Shown here one piece after another: positions 9,301 through 16,708 of a DNA stretch of 24,096 nucleotides. Source of the stretch: a virus (lineage: Duplodnaviria; Caudoviricetes). The notes beneath the pieces were generated by a model. The model made no database searches, was not told the DNA's origin, and saw only the letters and a program-made list of their open reading frames with translations. The position numbers were made by a program, and so were the translations under genes. Position 1 is the stretch's first letter. Each line of letters opens with the position of its first letter. Where the stretch lies: positions 1 through 24,096 of IMG/VR virus record IMGVR_UViG_3300017731_000051. The stretch is one strand, 5' to 3'.

Positions 9301-11130
9301 AATGGTTCAACTGAATCATCATATAATGCGGCTTGGACTGGTAGTGGTGTTGTTGAATTTGGTAATTCGTTTGGAACAATAAGTGGCGCTCCAACATTAT
9401 GGGGTAGTGCACAACCTATGAGTGGTTCTATTCAAGAAATAAGATATTGGGCTGAACCACTAAAAGATATTGTTATTGATGAACATACTCTATCAAGAGA
9501 ATCTTATCATGGTAATTCTGTAACCTCATCTTATTTTGATTTGAAGTTTAGATTTATTCCAGATTCTAATTTAAAAACAATTAGTAATCCTGATTCACAT
9601 CTATCACAACATCCTAATCAACAAATAACAGGTTCTGTAAATGGTTCTCATTTAACTGCATCGTTATTTAATTTTGAGAATGATGATTTGATTGGTGTTA
9701 CTGAGGAATATTACACAAAAGTTCCATCAGCAGGTGCTAACAATATCCTTAACAATAAAGTTAGAACTGAAGCAAACCCATTGACTGGTATTCTTAATCC
9801 TGAAAACAAAATGGAAAAATCACAATACGATTCAGCGCCAGTTGATTCAAATGTGGTTGGTGTTTACTTAGCCGCTACTAAAATGTATAATGATGATATT
9901 ATAAATCATACGGGATATTTTGATATTGATGATTATATTGGTAATCCAGACCAAAGAAGTGGATACACCGAACAAAACGAAGAATTAGATTATATCCGTA
10001 GACAAGTATTTAAAAAATATAGTTCTAGAAACTTAATCAATAGTACGATTGATATTCTTGCTAAATACGATATGTCGGTATTTGAACAAATCAGACAAAC
10101 AATGCCCGCTAGAGTTGATTACAACTCGGGTATTTTGATTGAACCACATATCTTAGAAAGACCAAAAGCTAAATCGTTAACTAAGGTAACTCAAACAAGA
10201 CCAATGTACGATGCACACATTCCTACTATGGAAAGACCGTTATCGGCATCTAAACATATATTAGAAACTGAAGTTACAAACTCATATAGTTTATCAGCTG
10301 AAACAGAACAATATGAAACTGAAATTTCAAGCTCATATACTTTATCTTCAGAAGAACTTACTTTAGAAGGTAACCCAATCGATGTATCTACATTACTTGT
10401 TATTTCATCACAAAAGGATGATGTAGAGGATGTTGGAAATCCACAAATTAAAGATATGTACGCACCATCTCAATACAAATATGTAATACCTGTTTATAAA
10501 TCAGGAGCAGATGTAGGTTATGGTTTAAATTGGAATACGGGTTCTAATGGTAGTTGGAATTACAATCCAATTGCAACAACTATTGTAGAAAATAAAGCAG
10601 CTCAATACGCTAAGATTACTAAGTTATTCTATAGTTCAGCGTTATCGGCATCATTAGGACTTCCAAACTCATCATCATTAGAACCAGCGCAAGTAGGAAC
10701 AGATGAATTACCATTATCGGTAGAGAATTTAAGATTCTTAGGATGTAAGGCTACATCTGATTCTTTAACTACTAATTCACCAGATACGCCTGATGGCAAA
10801 CCTGTAATAGAAATATTCAAAGCAGACCCTAATGTACTACTATATACATCAGAAACTGCAGCTGAAGGAAACTTAGATGTAGATACTGCAACTGGATTAG
10901 ATGTATTAGATATTAAAGATTTAGTTGTAGATGATGATATTTATTGGAAACGACTGCAAGAATACAGAAGAGAACTTAGAGAATTCAGACGTAAGATTGA
11001 AAAGATGATTGAGATTGAAGATGCAAGAGCAGATGAATTTGATTTACGATACAAAAAAGAATTACAACTAAGAGAAGCTGAGATGTTTAGAAGAAAAGAA
11101 TTTGATATAAAAAATGGTTCACCTTTTTAA
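6328..11130 (+). CDS. Large baseplate protein (1600 aa): P2 gpI/T4 gp7-like wedge motif, LamG-like domain, cupredoxin-like insert, charged C-terminal helix
   Basis: LLYDVAKSMGW...WRRIVNNIPYLLKTKGSARAVKALIATYG resembles the Tail_P2_I motif. MSGSIQEIRYWAEPL is a LamG-type end motif. HPF...YYCSSHSGMGG is cupredoxin-like. AAGGT precedes the ATG. Confidence 0.7.
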   Translation: MAINRFQNKDILTTSKVPVDSAQVYSLEDVNNLINDGATFTKVNLQPSDYDTFCKTEAHMYSADKLVESLTGMIQYELNQGDDPLETNILLRPEMQVRSTALDTGYYSIVYNFTKPLTSHMRVINTNSDNTELELEFVNPNHNLTQLKTFIDNPVADPNNGQNFLQPNLVLNFGGNELAVVTAVSFENNPRIGIQTGSIPFPTDTHSELPTFFAPSEQEAENNFWIEFYNAPQQNDFDPPATIHKTTGRFAKAEITFDENGNPRYELIKIEGTEDVDYYYDDDYDGRPEEKVYPISIPKESQYFSGPPRAGTTWSSIPRSAKIRYYDPNYDSTQLKTVVVKLYKPLEDGLSGKQIMIEEVIRDSYIERILLYNIEKPEEQANFSPPNFKIDMGNYGKSQGTDLKSWNDLLDTNLSTSQQIIDKYISGSFGGVKLNLDFTSFGSFVKYSSAVERVNNLKYKLELIESFDARVKTLESVSGSEALTNISQSISRRDAVVSGFDGWERWMYTESTGSLYTHYTSSATPLEPWPKSSTYPNVNYSVTSSQGIAHYNGLIDSASIHDAMNDARLTKVVPASIVEDPLNKEYVLFVDMIGHHFDITWSYIHALTSINEREEHPYDGMPNELLYDVAKSMGWKLTHGKDTSNLWEFGLGTDKFGNVPNSGSLPSKSHEDINNEVWRRIVNNIPYLLKTKGSARAVKALIATYGIPQTFLSIREYGGPVIEHDVRPYWEHDRFVYHLRMDKDNYITVPWDKVADINPVTYEINTNTPGNGSTITKVVKVVDGVFEIDEVKQPTLTLLAGNTYKFDVSDSSNGSHPFRFQKASDNSSYTTGVTVTGTQGQANSTVQIVVSNATPTLKYYCSSHSGMGGNITINVGGPNPIDVIELQVAQNLNRHTGVIRKGSDFGVLFESTYPTDFYSKKGNIHFYLSGSSGYKSASIAVPNLFDSNMGTLLIERETSGNDITKDTVYKLQYRRNRKDRIQVSKSASISINGSTESSYNAAWTGSGVVEFGNSFGTISGAPTLWGSAQPMSGSIQEIRYWAEPLKDIVIDEHTLSRESYHGNSVTSSYFDLKFRFIPDSNLKTISNPDSHLSQHPNQQITGSVNGSHLTASLFNFENDDLIGVTEEYYTKVPSAGANNILNNKVRTEANPLTGILNPENKMEKSQYDSAPVDSNVVGVYLAATKMYNDDIINHTGYFDIDDYIGNPDQRSGYTEQNEELDYIRRQVFKKYSSRNLINSTIDILAKYDMSVFEQIRQTMPARVDYNSGILIEPHILERPKAKSLTKVTQTRPMYDAHIPTMERPLSASKHILETEVTNSYSLSAETEQYETEISSSYTLSSEELTLEGNPIDVSTLLVISSQKDDVEDVGNPQIKDMYAPSQYKYVIPVYKSGADVGYGLNWNTGSNGSWNYNPIATTIVENKAAQYAKITKLFYSSALSASLGLPNSSSLEPAQVGTDELPLSVENLRFLGCKATSDSLTTNSPDTPDGKPVIEIFKADPNVLLYTSETAAEGNLDVDTATGLDVLDIKDLVVDDDIYWKRLQEYRRELREFRRKIEKMIEIEDARADEFDLRYKKELQLREAEMFRRKEFDIKNGSPF
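10261..10362 (+). repeat. 51-bp (17-aa) degenerate tandem repeat
   Basis: LETEVTNSYSLSAETEQ / YETEISSSYTLSSEELT, with weaker flanking units on both sides. Confidence 0.75.
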
Positions 11131-11140
11131 TGGATAAGTA

Positions 11141-12244
11141 ATGGCAAGAAGAAATATAAAATTTAGAGATAGACGGGATAAGGGTAGATTAAACAATCTA
11201 ATTGAAAAGAGATTGAATGACCGTATGTCAAAACCATTAATAAAAAATCCAAAAAGACCTTTAGAAGAAGCTACGAAGATTTCTAAAATTATAAAAGAAC
11301 CTGAAGTTTTAGTAAAAACAGGAAAACCTTTAGAAGATAATATAGTAATTACTAAAGAGGATAAAGTATCAGAAGCTGAGTTAATTAATTTAGTAAAACC
11401 ATTACCAACAAATGATGGGAATGTAAATTCAATTGTATCTGCTATATTAAATCCAAAAACTACTGAAATAAAAGTAGACCCAATATTGGATACAAACGAT
11501 TTTAACGAAGAAGATAAACGTAGAATCTTTGCAGAAGAAAAAGAAAGAAGAGCAATTGAAGATGAACGATTCAGAAAGATTCAAGAAGCATTTGAAGATG
11601 AAAAAGAACGAAGGATAGCTTTCAAAAAAGAATTAGAGCAAATGAAGATAGAGTTTTATTTGTATCTAAAAGAAAAGTATCCAGATATCGTTGGTGAAAA
11701 AAATATCAAAGATAAAGATATTGAAAAGAAAAAAGAAGAAGCTATTCGTTTAGCTGAAGAAATTAGAATTAAAAAAGAAAAACTCAAACAAAATATGGTT
11801 ATTCGTCTTGAAGAAGAAAAGATACGAAAGCAAAAAGAAATTAGAATGGTTACAAATACCAAAACAGAAGCAAACGTTTCAACTTTTTTAGAAGAAGAGA
11901 TAATTATAGAACAACAGGAGAAGAAGGATAGAAATCCTGAATTGGATGGGTTGAATGAAGTTGAAAGAACTATTAAAGAAGTAAAAGCTATGGAGATTAG
12001 ATTGGGTAGACCAATCATTCCTCATAGAGATATTGTAGAAAGTGAAGATTCGGATTTTGATTCTGAAAGAGCAACAAAATCTACAGATATATTAATTAAA
12101 CCATCTCAAAAATCTCCATTTGAAAATTATGAAGAAAAGAGAGATGTATTGGAAGTATTAAGACAAACATTATCTAACAATAAAAGTGAAGAAGATTTCA
12201 TTGTAAAGATGGATAAGCAAGATAGAAAAAGCAGAAGAAGATAG
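11141..12244 (+). CDS. Highly charged (E/K/R-rich) helical or coiled-coil hypothetical protein, 367 aa
   Basis: Long ORF with E/K/R runs such as EEDKRRIFAEEKERRAIEDERFRKIQEAFEDEKERRIAFKKELEQMK; basic N- and C-termini. Confidence 0.75.
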   Translation: MARRNIKFRDRRDKGRLNNLIEKRLNDRMSKPLIKNPKRPLEEATKISKIIKEPEVLVKTGKPLEDNIVITKEDKVSEAELINLVKPLPTNDGNVNSIVSAILNPKTTEIKVDPILDTNDFNEEDKRRIFAEEKERRAIEDERFRKIQEAFEDEKERRIAFKKELEQMKIEFYLYLKEKYPDIVGEKNIKDKDIEKKKEEAIRLAEEIRIKKEKLKQNMVIRLEEEKIRKQKEIRMVTNTKTEANVSTFLEEEIIIEQQEKKDRNPELDGLNEVERTIKEVKAMEIRLGRPIIPHRDIVESEDSDFDSERATKSTDILIKPSQKSPFENYEEKRDVLEVLRQTLSNNKSEEDFIVKMDKQDRKSRRR

Positions 12245-12274
12245 AAAATTATAAAAGTTAGTGTAAAAATATTT

Positions 12275-12291
12275 TTTTTAATATTTATATA
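12275..12291 (+). promoter_or_regulatory. Putative phage late promoter motif (core TATTTATA 12282-12289)
   Basis: Identical 17-mer to 313-329, in the longest intergenic gap (12245-12319), overlapped at its 5' end by the AT palindrome AAAAATATTTTT (12265-12276). Confidence 0.6.
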
Positions 12292-12319
12292 AGAAAACAA
12301 ATTGTAAAAGGGTAATAAT

Positions 12320-12982
12320 ATGGGATATTTAGATAATTCATCAATAACAGTAGACGCTATTCTAACTAAGAAAGGTCGAGAGTTATTAGCAAAGGGTAGG
12401 GACTTCTTTGTAATCAGTCAATTCGCATTGGCAGATGACGAAGTAGATTACGAACTATGGAATCCAGCGCATCCGCTAGGTTCAGACTATTATGGAATCA
12501 TAATTGAAAACATGCCGATAGTAGAGGCAGTAACAGATGAGAACTACTCATTAAGATATAAGTTGTTAACACTTCCAAAAAATACAATTAGAATCCCAAT
12601 CATTCAATCTAACCCAAGCTCAATTAGTTTAGAAGAAGGTGGACAACAACAATCTGTAACTCTTACTACTAAAAATGGTGGTAATGATACGTTAGGATTT
12701 ACCGTTACATTACTTAACTCAGATGCGGCAAGTATCGTTGGTGATGGAAGTGGTATAGCAAACAACTCAGATACTGTTGGTGCTAACGAAGATAGAAGAA
12801 GTGTTACGATTAGTACAAATCAATCATTTACAATTACAACTAAGGTATTAGCAGATAATACTGATATATCAACTAAAATATTTGTTGTAGGAAATGAAAC
12901 TGGTGGACGTACGGAAATTGATTTAACTGTTACTAACAATCCTGATATTTCAGTAGGTAACACATTAGATTCAACATTATAA
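12320..12982 (+). CDS. Virion structural protein, N-terminus resembling tail-collar/fibre base (DUF3751-like), Ig-like C-terminus
   Basis: AILTKKGRELLA...ISQFALADDE resembles the ILTxxGxxxLA...I..hAhGD start of tail-collar fibre domains. AAGGGT RBS. Confidence 0.55.
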   Translation: MGYLDNSSITVDAILTKKGRELLAKGRDFFVISQFALADDEVDYELWNPAHPLGSDYYGIIIENMPIVEAVTDENYSLRYKLLTLPKNTIRIPIIQSNPSSISLEEGGQQQSVTLTTKNGGNDTLGFTVTLLNSDAASIVGDGSGIANNSDTVGANEDRRSVTISTNQSFTITTKVLADNTDISTKIFVVGNETGGRTEIDLTVTNNPDISVGNTLDSTL

Positions 12983-13006
12983 GGATAATTTAAAAGGGAA
13001 TAAGAT

Positions 13007-14089
13007 ATGGCAATTTTACCAGCAGGTTCGTTTAATACATCAAAGAGAGTATATACGGCATTCAAAGTAGGGGATGTTGTAGAAGGTGGTGTAGAAAAAG
13101 TGACCAGAGGTCTATGGAGTGGTAACGTAGGAACGTTAACTACATTCTTTACATCTTCTGCACAATCAGATACACAAAAACAATATTATTACGAGATTTT
13201 TGATAAGGTATCAACAGATGCTACATCAGAATCTCAGTTTTCAATCACATACGGACATAATGATGGTAGTGGTTCTTTAGGACAGAATGAAGATTCTCCT
13301 TCAAACGCTATCTATTCTCAGTACGCACAAATCCTACTACCAGATAATCAAAGAATATTTAGTTTTAATGATGTTGCATCTCAACACATTTACGCAATCA
13401 ATCTTAACAGAGCAAGATTAAAAGATAGATTAGACCCTGGAAACTTCGAACTTACGTTAGGAAAATTAGATGGTACTGCTATCGCTAACAATGTTAATAC
13501 TGGTTCTAATGTTCACATTCATTCTTCAAACTTAGTTCACGAACTAATTGATGATAGTGGTGATACACAACAAGCAGCAACACAAATCGGTAGAGTTTAC
13601 AACTTAGTTTCAGGTTCAATCTTAAACGGAGTTCATTCACCTAAAACTTATTATGGACAAGTTTATCCAGAGCAAGGTGTGATTGTATTAAACGCTGATA
13701 CATTAAACACTAAATTAAACTTTGGTACTGTTACTGGTTCAAACATTAATGGTGATAACGCATTTAAGTTATACACATCACTAAGTGGTTCAGCAGTAAT
13801 TAACGCAAATAACGGATTTGCTGCAAGAAACGAAGAAAGAGTACAATCAACATTCTATTTTGTAAGAGCTAAGAATGGTGAGTATAACTTCTCAAATAAT
13901 CCATCATATACATCAGGTTCAAATGGAGCATTTGCACAACCAACATTTGCAAATAATCCTAAATCCTATATAACAACTGTTGGGTTATATAATAGTTCAC
14001 AAGAACTATTAGCAGTAGCTAAGTTATCTAAACCAATTCTAAAATCGTTTTCGAATGAAGTATTGGTGAAAGTTAAGTTAGACTTTTAA
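13007..14089 (+). CDS. Virion structural protein (360 aa), paralog of 14120..16231
   Basis: C-terminal YITTVGLYNSSQELLAVAKLSKPILK...VKVKLDF is shared with the next gene and resembles the end of tail-collar fibre domains. AAGGGA RBS. Confidence 0.65.
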   Translation: MAILPAGSFNTSKRVYTAFKVGDVVEGGVEKVTRGLWSGNVGTLTTFFTSSAQSDTQKQYYYEIFDKVSTDATSESQFSITYGHNDGSGSLGQNEDSPSNAIYSQYAQILLPDNQRIFSFNDVASQHIYAINLNRARLKDRLDPGNFELTLGKLDGTAIANNVNTGSNVHIHSSNLVHELIDDSGDTQQAATQIGRVYNLVSGSILNGVHSPKTYYGQVYPEQGVIVLNADTLNTKLNFGTVTGSNINGDNAFKLYTSLSGSAVINANNGFAARNEERVQSTFYFVRAKNGEYNFSNNPSYTSGSNGAFAQPTFANNPKSYITTVGLYNSSQELLAVAKLSKPILKSFSNEVLVKVKLDF

Positions 14090-14119
14090 ATAATATTTTA
14101 AGAACGATAATGACTACGC

Positions 14120-16231
14120 ATGGCAACAGCTTACAAACCAATCAACGGGGGTGGTATTCAATTACGACCATTCAACACCCATAAAAGGTGGGTAGTTACT
14201 GATTTGAATTTTAGGCAAGACTATTATTCAACATCGGTAATAAAAGGTATATCCCCAAATTTCGGTGAAAAGATTAATGTTTCAGAGTCAATTAGTTTAC
14301 CAGCATATAGAGAAACGGACCAATTAGATAACCTAAATTCCAACTCAACAGATTTTCTAAAAGTTAAACATCAGAAAGTTGTATGGGCTAGTTTAAATCA
14401 AATGTTTTTTAAACATAGAGCTAGAACCGAAAGAGATTTATTTGCGACAGCATCTATATTTTCAATACCACATAATAGATTAGGTGATGGTGTTAGGCCA
14501 GGAACAATTGAAGTAGTAGATACTTCAGTTACATCAAGCGATTTAACTAATATAACAATCAAAGATATAAAGTTAGATGAGTATCATGGTAAATTAATTG
14601 ATACAACACTACCAACAGGTTCATATGTTCCATTTGGTAACTTAATTGGATATTGGGGATTTAATGATGAGGTTGTTGATAGAGAAACTACCTTTGATAA
14701 TATAATTGAAGATAGAAGTGGTTACATAAACAATGGGGTTGGTAAGAATCTAAAATACATAGATGGTATAAAAACAACAGGCCCGACTCAATTACCATCT
14801 GGAAAAATGGTACAATTCAATGGTTCGGATTCATATGTATTAATCGATAACAAACCAAATTATAAGTTTTTCGAAACTAACAACTACTCAGTATCGGTAT
14901 GGACTGTATTACCAACATCTCAATCAGATGCATCTGGAACTCATAACTCAATAGTATCCAAAAGAGGTACTCAAAAAGATTATGGTACTACTAGAAAAGG
15001 ACATCAAATCCTTAGAAGAAGAAATGTTGGAAGTAGTAACTTCCCATTTGATATAGAAGTATTCAATCAAACAGCAGGTTCTAATAATGGTAAAGTTAGA
15101 ATATCATTATCTAACGGAATCACACGTATACTTGCAACATCGGGTACTAAGATAAACGATAACGAACCACATCACATATGTTTTAATAAAACAGGTTCTC
15201 ATATGGAACTTTGGGTTGATGGTGTAAAGGAAGTTACTGGTTCATTACCAACAAGTGGTAGTATTGATAATATAATAATGAGAGGAATCTCTAATACATA
15301 TGATATATTATTAGGTAGTAGATTTATTTCTGATGGTGGATTTGATAAAACATCAAACTTTGCTAGTTTAAGTGGTTCTTTAGATGAATTCCGTATGTAC
15401 AACAAAGGATTAACAGAAGTAGAAATCAAAGGATTAGCAAATAATGATTTCGTAACAGGTTCAGCATATCAAACTGATACTGTTGGTGAAGTATTTTACA
15501 ATCACGGAATAATGGTAGTATCAGACCCAAGACCAAAGTACAGATATATTTGGACTGGACAGAGTGGTACATGGAACTATGGTAACGAAGTTGATAACGA
15601 AAATGATGATGTACCAAACTCATCTGAATATGGGTGGTTAACAAAATATAAATCATCTAAACGATTACATGAATTAAATGTATTATGTGAAGTTGGGGCG
15701 GATGAATTTAATGTATCACAAAATCCAACACTAAAAATAAATAATGATGTAGAAGCTTCTGAAATGAAAGGGTTCGTAACTGGTTCTGATTTTAGAAATT
15801 ACTTTACAACAATTGGATTATATAATCCAAATGGTGATTTAGTTGCGATTGGTAAATTAGCATCGGCAATTCAAAATAGAAGTGATGTAGATATAACTGT
15901 TAAAGTTAGAATGGATATGGATGGCCCGTTTGGAGCACCAGGTACTGGTTCTCTAATGAGTGGTAACACTGCTACAATTACTGAGGTTCAATCAATAAAA
16001 GAAAATGGTGAACTTACAAGTAAATATGTTTGGGGTAAATTAGATAGACCTGATATTTTAGTTGATGGTGATTTTGGTGAAGCATATGAACCACCTATTG
16101 ATGGAAACGCTAATATGGATTCTCCTGATGTTTTACCACATGGTGATTTACCACCAGATGATACTGAAGGACCTCAAAACACTAAAGGTAAACCAAACGG
16201 ATATAATCCTAGTAAAGACCTAAGAAGATAA
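14120..16231 (+). CDS. Virion structural protein (703 aa) with inserted LamG/concanavalin-A-like domain
   Basis: NLIGYWGFND...IEDRSGYINNG...QFNGSDSYV...YSVSVW...HHICF...LWVDG...SGSLDEFRMYNKGLTEVEI is a LamG-3 pattern (~14636-15442). C-terminal YFTTIGLYNPNGDLVAIGKL is shared with the upstream gene. Confidence 0.8.
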   Translation: MATAYKPINGGGIQLRPFNTHKRWVVTDLNFRQDYYSTSVIKGISPNFGEKINVSESISLPAYRETDQLDNLNSNSTDFLKVKHQKVVWASLNQMFFKHRARTERDLFATASIFSIPHNRLGDGVRPGTIEVVDTSVTSSDLTNITIKDIKLDEYHGKLIDTTLPTGSYVPFGNLIGYWGFNDEVVDRETTFDNIIEDRSGYINNGVGKNLKYIDGIKTTGPTQLPSGKMVQFNGSDSYVLIDNKPNYKFFETNNYSVSVWTVLPTSQSDASGTHNSIVSKRGTQKDYGTTRKGHQILRRRNVGSSNFPFDIEVFNQTAGSNNGKVRISLSNGITRILATSGTKINDNEPHHICFNKTGSHMELWVDGVKEVTGSLPTSGSIDNIIMRGISNTYDILLGSRFISDGGFDKTSNFASLSGSLDEFRMYNKGLTEVEIKGLANNDFVTGSAYQTDTVGEVFYNHGIMVVSDPRPKYRYIWTGQSGTWNYGNEVDNENDDVPNSSEYGWLTKYKSSKRLHELNVLCEVGADEFNVSQNPTLKINNDVEASEMKGFVTGSDFRNYFTTIGLYNPNGDLVAIGKLASAIQNRSDVDITVKVRMDMDGPFGAPGTGSLMSGNTATITEVQSIKENGELTSKYVWGKLDRPDILVDGDFGEAYEPPIDGNANMDSPDVLPHGDLPPDDTEGPQNTKGKPNGYNPSKDLRR

Positions 16232-16252
16232 AATAGAAAAAAAGAATAAGTT

Positions 16253-16678
16253 ATGAATAAAAAAGGAAATTGGTCTCACATCCAAAAGATGAAAGGCCAC
16301 AAAAGTGGGTTGGAAACTCGCATAGATGAACAACTTAAATCGCAAGGTATTGATGGTGAATACGAAGAGCATGAAGTATCATATACAATTCCAGCAACTA
16401 CTCATTCTTACAAACCTGATTTTAGATTACCTAACAATATCTTTATAGAATCAAAAGGATGGTTCTTACCTGAAGATAGAAAGAAACATTTACTAATCAA
16501 AGAACAGAATCCTGATATGGATTTAAGGTTCGTATTACAATCTCCAAATGGAAAAATATACAAAGGTTCTAAAACCACATATGCACAATGGTGTGAGAAG
16601 AACGGATTCAAATGGGCTAAAAAAGAAATCCCACAAGAATGGATAGAAGAAAAAGAAAAAGTAAATTTCTTTGGTTAA
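16253..16678 (+). CDS. T7 endonuclease I (gp3)-like Holliday junction resolvase
   Basis: SGLE...YTIPATTHSYKPDFRLPNNIFIESKG...DRKKHLLIKEQNPDMDLRFV...KIYKGSKTTYAQWCEKNGF...IPQEW is collinear with T7 gp3; the PD-(D/E)xK catalytic residues are intact. Confidence 0.95.
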   Translation: MNKKGNWSHIQKMKGHKSGLETRIDEQLKSQGIDGEYEEHEVSYTIPATTHSYKPDFRLPNNIFIESKGWFLPEDRKKHLLIKEQNPDMDLRFVLQSPNGKIYKGSKTTYAQWCEKNGFKWAKKEIPQEWIEEKEKVNFFG

Positions 16679-16701
16679 TTCAAATATTTTTTGTATATTT
16701 A
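16670..16701 (+). promoter_or_regulatory. Putative Bacteroidota-type housekeeping promoter TTTG-N20-TATATTTA
   Basis: TTTG at 16670-16673 and TATATTTA at 16694-16701, one mismatch to the -7 consensus TAnnTTTG, with a 20-nt spacer; 7 nt upstream of the primase ATG. Confidence 0.5.
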
Positions 16702-16708
16702 GAACAAT

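Noticed and set aside
11119-11143. Possible programmed frameshift at CCT TTT TAA fusing the 1600-aa and 367-aa charged proteins
   Set aside because: The downstream gene is in the +1 frame, which has a TAA at 11135-11137 before its ATG, so a shift here would not fuse them.
12245-12280. Intrinsic terminator after the baseplate operon
   Set aside because: There is a T-run and an AT-only palindrome but no GC stem, which is too weak to call a terminator.
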